64,000 nucleotides of DNA from Candidatus Latescibacterota bacterium. GTDB lineage: Bacteria; Latescibacterota; UBA2968; GCA-2709665. Each line of letters opens with the position of its first letter. Position 1 is the stretch's first letter. The stretch spans positions 1,344,001 through 1,408,000 of the forward strand of contig OZ244744.1 in the NCBI GenBank assembly GCA_965219455.1. The letters are read 5' to 3'. Made by a program: the position numbers and the translations under genes. Below are positions 59,806-64,000 of the stretch, one piece after another. Below the pieces are notes generated by a model. The model searched no databases and was not told the origin of the DNA. It saw only the letters and a list, made by a program, of their open reading frames with translations.

Positions 59806-60642
59806 ATGAAACAATATCTCGATCAGCTTCGACATATCCTGGACCACGGCGTCAGTAAGGAGGACAGGACCGGTGTCGGCACGATTTCCTGTTTCGGCCT
59901 CCAGGCGCGGTATAATATGAACGATGGATTCCCCGCGGTCACCACGAAAAAGCTCGTGTGGAAATCCATGGTCTCAGAGCTTCTCTGGTTCATCTCAGGA
60001 TCTGACAACATCAATGACCTCAAGAAGATCTATCCCCACAACAAACTCTGGGACGGCAACTACGAAGATTACCTCAACAGGCTCGGCCTGCGCGAGAATG
60101 GCGGCTCCATGGGACGCATCTACGGCGTCCAGTGGCGGCATTGGCGCGGTGCGGAGCGGACCGTGGACCAGCTGCGGGAAGCGATCGACCTGATCCGCCG
60201 CAGCCCCGACTCCAGGCGCATCATTGTGAACGCCTGGAATGCCGCCGAAGTCGCGCCGGAAGACGTCGCCCTTCCCCCCTGCCATTCTTTCTTTCAGTTT
60301 TACGTTGCCCATGGCAGGCTCTCCCTTCTGATGTACCAGCGGTCCTGCGACATGTTTCTCGGGGTCCCGCTCAACGTCGCCTCCTATTCGCTCATGTTGC
60401 ACATGGTCGCGAGGATCACCCGTCTCGAACCCGGTGAATTCGTCCACACGCTCGCCGACGCCCACATCTATCTGAACCACCTGGACGCGGTTCAGGAGCA
60501 ACTTTCCCGCGATCCGTTTCCACTCCCGAGCCTGCGTATTACGGACCGTGGTCAAAAGACAATCGACGATTTCATCTACGACGACTTCCAGTTAATCAAC
60601 TACCGCTGCCATGCCGCTGTCAAGGCGAAAATGGCCGTGTAG
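59806..60642 (+). CDS. thyA: Thymidylate synthase
   Basis: MKQYLD, DRTGVGT, YGVQWR, SRRIIV, ALPPCH, YQRSCD, HIYLNH. Confidence 0.96.
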   Translation: MKQYLDQLRHILDHGVSKEDRTGVGTISCFGLQARYNMNDGFPAVTTKKLVWKSMVSELLWFISGSDNINDLKKIYPHNKLWDGNYEDYLNRLGLRENGGSMGRIYGVQWRHWRGAERTVDQLREAIDLIRRSPDSRRIIVNAWNAAEVAPEDVALPPCHSFFQFYVAHGRLSLLMYQRSCDMFLGVPLNVASYSLMLHMVARITRLEPGEFVHTLADAHIYLNHLDAVQEQLSRDPFPLPSLRITDRGQKTIDDFIYDDFQLINYRCHAAVKAKMAV

Positions 60643-60705
60643 GCCGGAAAACAGTACTGGTTCGCACGCCACAACCCCAATTTCCCATCACCGAGGAACA
60701 TTGCC

Positions 60706-63700
60706 ATGTCCGATTTCGCCATACCCTGGCACCCCAGGGTCATTCTCCCCGGACGCAGCTTCCGTCTGCCCGTTCAGGCGCCCGGCGACAACGTCACGCT
60801 CTCAGCCGACCCTTTCGAGGTCATTTCAACCAGGTGGTCCGAACGGGACACCGCGATCTACCACTATCTGCGATCTCCCCGACAGGCCGGAGACTACACC
60901 CTCCGCGCGGCTCACGGCGGTAAGGAGACGGAAGCAACTATCCAGGTCCGTACCCTGGACGACCTGCGCCGGCCGCACACCTACAACGGCGCCGCGTGGC
61001 CTCGCCGCTGGCCTTTGGAGAAGAATTATCTGTCCGCAAAGACCCGGCAGACGCTGCAGGACGAGCCCCTATCGGACCGGATTGCCGAAGAAACCATCGC
61101 CTGGTGGTCGTCGCAATCGGATGAAATCGCCTGGGCGCAGCTTCCCCGTGCGGAACTGCCCAAAGCCCATTTTGCCAACTGCCACCAGGGCTGCCCCAAC
61201 TGCGGTACGGCGATTTTCAAACACAGTGGTTTTTATCCCTGGACACGCAACCACCATCCTTGTGATTTCAAGTCCGAGTGCCCCAACTGCGCTTCGGTCT
61301 ATCCCAGCAACGACCTGGCGAACGAAGACTACTTTTCAGGCGAATATCCGGACGACGGGTACGGCTATTTCGACGCCGACGATCACATCTTCCTCTTTGC
61401 CGCCACCTATCACCGGGATCAATCCCGCAGCTTCCATTCGGGAATCGGCGCTCTGACGAACGCCCTGCGCGCCGGGGGTTTCGACGAAGCGCTCGCGCGC
61501 CGGCTCGGGTTGCTGCTGCTGAGATACGCCGAGGAAGAGCTCTATCTGGCCTCCGTTCCCCAGTTCCGGTACGGCCCGTCGAAAGGCGTGGAAGAACCCT
61601 GGGATTGGGGCCAGCCCGACTGGGCGGACGAGTCCGATCCGGTTCAGGCGCTGCGCGCCAAGGGTAGCGTCCGCTACAGCATCGACACCCCGTATCTCAT
61701 CGCGAGCCTGGCGCTGGCATACGACACGGTGTGGCCGCTGATGCGGGAGGACCGGGAGCTCGTCAGACGCGCCCGATCGATGGGCCTTTCCGTTGAGACT
61801 CCCGAAGATGCCTGTCAACTGACGGAGGAGATGCTGGCGGCCCTGCTCCAGGTCACGCTGGATCGCGGCGCGAGCAGCAACCTTCCGAGAGAAAGCCAGG
61901 GGGCGCTGTTTATCCTGCGCTGTCTGGACCGCCCCGACGCGGGGGACGTGATGGATTGGATCTACGATGAAGGGCCGGACACGCTGCGTGTCTTCACCAC
62001 CAACGACTTCTTCCCGGACGGCACCCCCCAGGAGGCCACGGGTGGCTACAACTCGATCCACAGCGACGGGCTGTTCGACCTGGAACATCACCTCCGAAAC
62101 CTTCGTGCCCTGCAACCCGACGCCTACCCTGAATCCGACTACCCCTCCCTCTTCGACGACCGTCGCGCCGCGCACGTACCCCGCGCGCTGCACGAGATCA
62201 CGATGGTTGGAAAATCTTACTTCCAGTTCGGCGATGGATCGGCCCCCGGCTCGGCCGGCTTCAAGGGAGAGGGCACGATCCGGCTGGAACGCGATCTCTT
62301 TCATCCGCCGATGGATCCCGATTTTCTGGAGCGAGCGGTGGCCTTTACCGATGACCCGCGGGTGAAGGAGATCCGGTCGGCCGTTCAGAACAAACGGCAC
62401 GTGGCCCTCGGACCCACGGTCCACGACGGCGTCGGCATCGCGATTCTCCGCACACCCGAGGCCCCCGAGCGGGCCGCCGCCGGCATCGTCTACGGCGATA
62501 CGGTCCACCACCGCCATCGAGACCTTCTGGACGTCCAGTTTTTTGCGTTCGGCCGCCCTTTTCTTACGGATCTGGGCTACCCCCAGTCGTGGGCGAGCAT
62601 GTCCCCCTGGGAATCCCACTGGGCAACCCACAACACCGTCTGGTCGGACCTGCCCCCGGGCGAACCCGTCAGCGCCGGCCGCGGGCGCCTGGTTCGCAGC
62701 CTCTTTGTGGACGGTATCCAGGTACTGGACGTCGAGGCGCACCGATGGTCGCACGACGCAGGACAAGGATGGCTCAAGCTCGGTGTCACGTTCCGCCGCC
62801 TCATCGCCCTGGTCGAGACCGACGGCGACGGCGTCGCCCTCATCGACCTCTCCCGGATCACGGGAGGCACGGAACACTGGCGCACCTGTCGCGGGCTCGA
62901 AGGCGTCTTCCAGTCGGACGACGCGGGCACACAACCCTCGTCCGGAACCGTCGCCGGCCCCCAAATCCAACGCGCACAGACCGGCGGCCTGCCGCACCCG
63001 GACCATACCGCTCTCGCGTACATGGACGACGTGAGGACCGGCCAGGCGCCGCCGGCCTTCAGCGGGGCCTGGCAATCGCAGGCCGAGCGCACCGTCCACC
63101 TGGATCTCCATCAGGTAAACGTTTCCCCGGAAACCCGTCTGTTCACGGCCCGCGCGGCGCAGTCGATGGGTACCCCCGAAACGTCCAACTACCTGTATCA
63201 GCCCGTCATCTGGCGGCGGACGCCGCAAGACGATACCACATGCGTCGATCTGGTATTCGAACCCCGGATCGGCGAACCGACCCTTGCCGAAGCGGTCGCC
63301 GTTCCCGCGCAGTCTCCCACCGCCGCCGGCGTGCGGCTCACCACCGCGCAGGGCAAGGAAATCGCCCTTTACTGGGCGCCCGATGCCGGTCCCGAGGACG
63401 CCACTCGCTTTGAAAACGGCGTCACGTTGAACGGCGGCCTGGCGACCGTGGTCGACGGTCGGATTTCAACCGTGGGCGCATCCGCATTCCAGGACTCCGC
63501 GACGTCACTCACAACCGGTCAAGCGCAACAGACCGGCCGCATTGTCGCCCTCGACAGGGACGCGTGTACGGTAGACGTGGAAGGTCTGGAGAGCATCGCT
63601 GCGGGCGACCGCGTCACCGTCAACCCCGACGGCAGGGCGCACAGCTATCGCGTTGAAGCCACTGAAGACGCGGCCGTACGGGTCAATCGACTCACGCTCG

Positions 63701-64000
63701 ACGTCACCTCGCTCCTGGGGCGCGCAAAGGTGGTCGCCGCCGAAAACGGCAGGATCGACTTCGGTTTTCACGTCCTTGCCAAGTCCGGCAACCTCAACGG
63801 TACGCGCATTCAGACCGGCGCGAACGACGACTGGGCCGTGATCGCCAACGCGAGCAATGAGGGTTCCTGGCCGCCCGGCCGCGTCCGCACCACCGTCCGC
63901 ATCGACCCCAATAGAGGCGACGGCGACCGGCTCCGGAATCTCGCCCCCGGCGCCTGGGTTCAAATCGTGGACTACGTGGTCGGCGATACGGTTCTCTTTG
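60706..64000 (+). CDS. Large heparinase II/III-like protein; 3' end runs off the window
   Basis: GAGG + ATG 60706, apparently open to the window end (not in the ORF track); CPNC pair, YPSND, DDGYGY, HHRHRDLLDVQFFAFG...DLGYP..W...HNTV motif. Confidence 0.72.
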   Translation, partial: MSDFAIPWHPRVILPGRSFRLPVQAPGDNVTLSADPFEVISTRWSERDTAIYHYLRSPRQAGDYTLRAAHGGKETEATIQVRTLDDLRRPHTYNGAAWPRRWPLEKNYLSAKTRQTLQDEPLSDRIAEETIAWWSSQSDEIAWAQLPRAELPKAHFANCHQGCPNCGTAIFKHSGFYPWTRNHHPCDFKSECPNCASVYPSNDLANEDYFSGEYPDDGYGYFDADDHIFLFAATYHRDQSRSFHSGIGALTNALRAGGFDEALARRLGLLLLRYAEEELYLASVPQFRYGPSKGVEEPWDWGQPDWADESDPVQALRAKGSVRYSIDTPYLIASLALAYDTVWPLMREDRELVRRARSMGLSVETPEDACQLTEEMLAALLQVTLDRGASSNLPRESQGALFILRCLDRPDAGDVMDWIYDEGPDTLRVFTTNDFFPDGTPQEATGGYNSIHSDGLFDLEHHLRNLRALQPDAYPESDYPSLFDDRRAAHVPRALHEITMVGKSYFQFGDGSAPGSAGFKGEGTIRLERDLFHPPMDPDFLERAVAFTDDPRVKEIRSAVQNKRHVALGPTVHDGVGIAILRTPEAPERAAAGIVYGDTVHHRHRDLLDVQFFAFGRPFLTDLGYPQSWASMSPWESHWATHNTVWSDLPPGEPVSAGRGRLVRSLFVDGIQVLDVEAHRWSHDAGQGWLKLGVTFRRLIALVETDGDGVALIDLSRITGGTEHWRTCRGLEGVFQSDDAGTQPSSGTVAGPQIQRAQTGGLPHPDHTALAYMDDVRTGQAPPAFSGAWQSQAERTVHLDLHQVNVSPETRLFTARAAQSMGTPETSNYLYQPVIWRRTPQDDTTCVDLVFEPRIGEPTLAEAVAVPAQSPTAAGVRLTTAQGKEIALYWAPDAGPEDATRFENGVTLNGGLATVVDGRISTVGASAFQDSATSLTTGQAQQTGRIVALDRDACTVDVEGLESIAAGDRVTVNPDGRAHSYRVEATEDAAVRVNRLTLDVTSLLGRAKVVAAENGRIDFGFHVLAKSGNLNGTRIQTGANDDWAVIANASNEGSWPPGRVRTTVRIDPNRGDGDRLRNLAPGAWVQIVDYVVGDTVLF

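Noticed and set aside
1-64000. CRISPR array, tRNA/rRNA, integrase, reverse transcriptase or intact transposase
   Set aside because: No regularly spaced repeats or corresponding motifs were seen

Overview
GC-rich bacterial chromosomal window of mostly catabolic and accessory genes. A TonB-dependent receptor / T9SS-type cargo / PorV-like triad, a DUF6785-like membrane protein and ceramidase-like hydrolases suggest an FCB-superphylum organism such as Latescibacterota or Gemmatimonadota (inference only). From left to right: (1) a corrinoid methyl-transfer operon (RACo activator, small Cys protein, B12 protein, MtaA-type methyltransferase, tandem-repeat CGxxH protein) with a divergent FadR/GntR regulator; (2) oxidoreductases, hydrolases, an APC-USP transporter and uppP; (3) an AT-richer ABC-ATPase + PIN two-gene island; (4) composite REP clusters and hicBA; (5) a DUF6785-centred catabolic operon; (6) a regulatory hotspot with two paralogous ~120-nt non-coding units, each with its own consensus promoter and terminator, flanking an atypical receiver-AraC gene beside a one-protein hybrid kinase/OmpR regulator; (7) TBDR-cargo-PorV; (8) tandem NrdR-like boxes with no adjacent reductase; (9) further hydrolases, a FolC-ATP-grasp fusion, rpmB, rimO, folA, thyA and a truncated heparinase-like gene. 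The duplicated sRNA candidates at about 31.5 and 32.7 kb are the best candidate for an undescribed system. All family calls come from motif recognition by eye; no searches were run.
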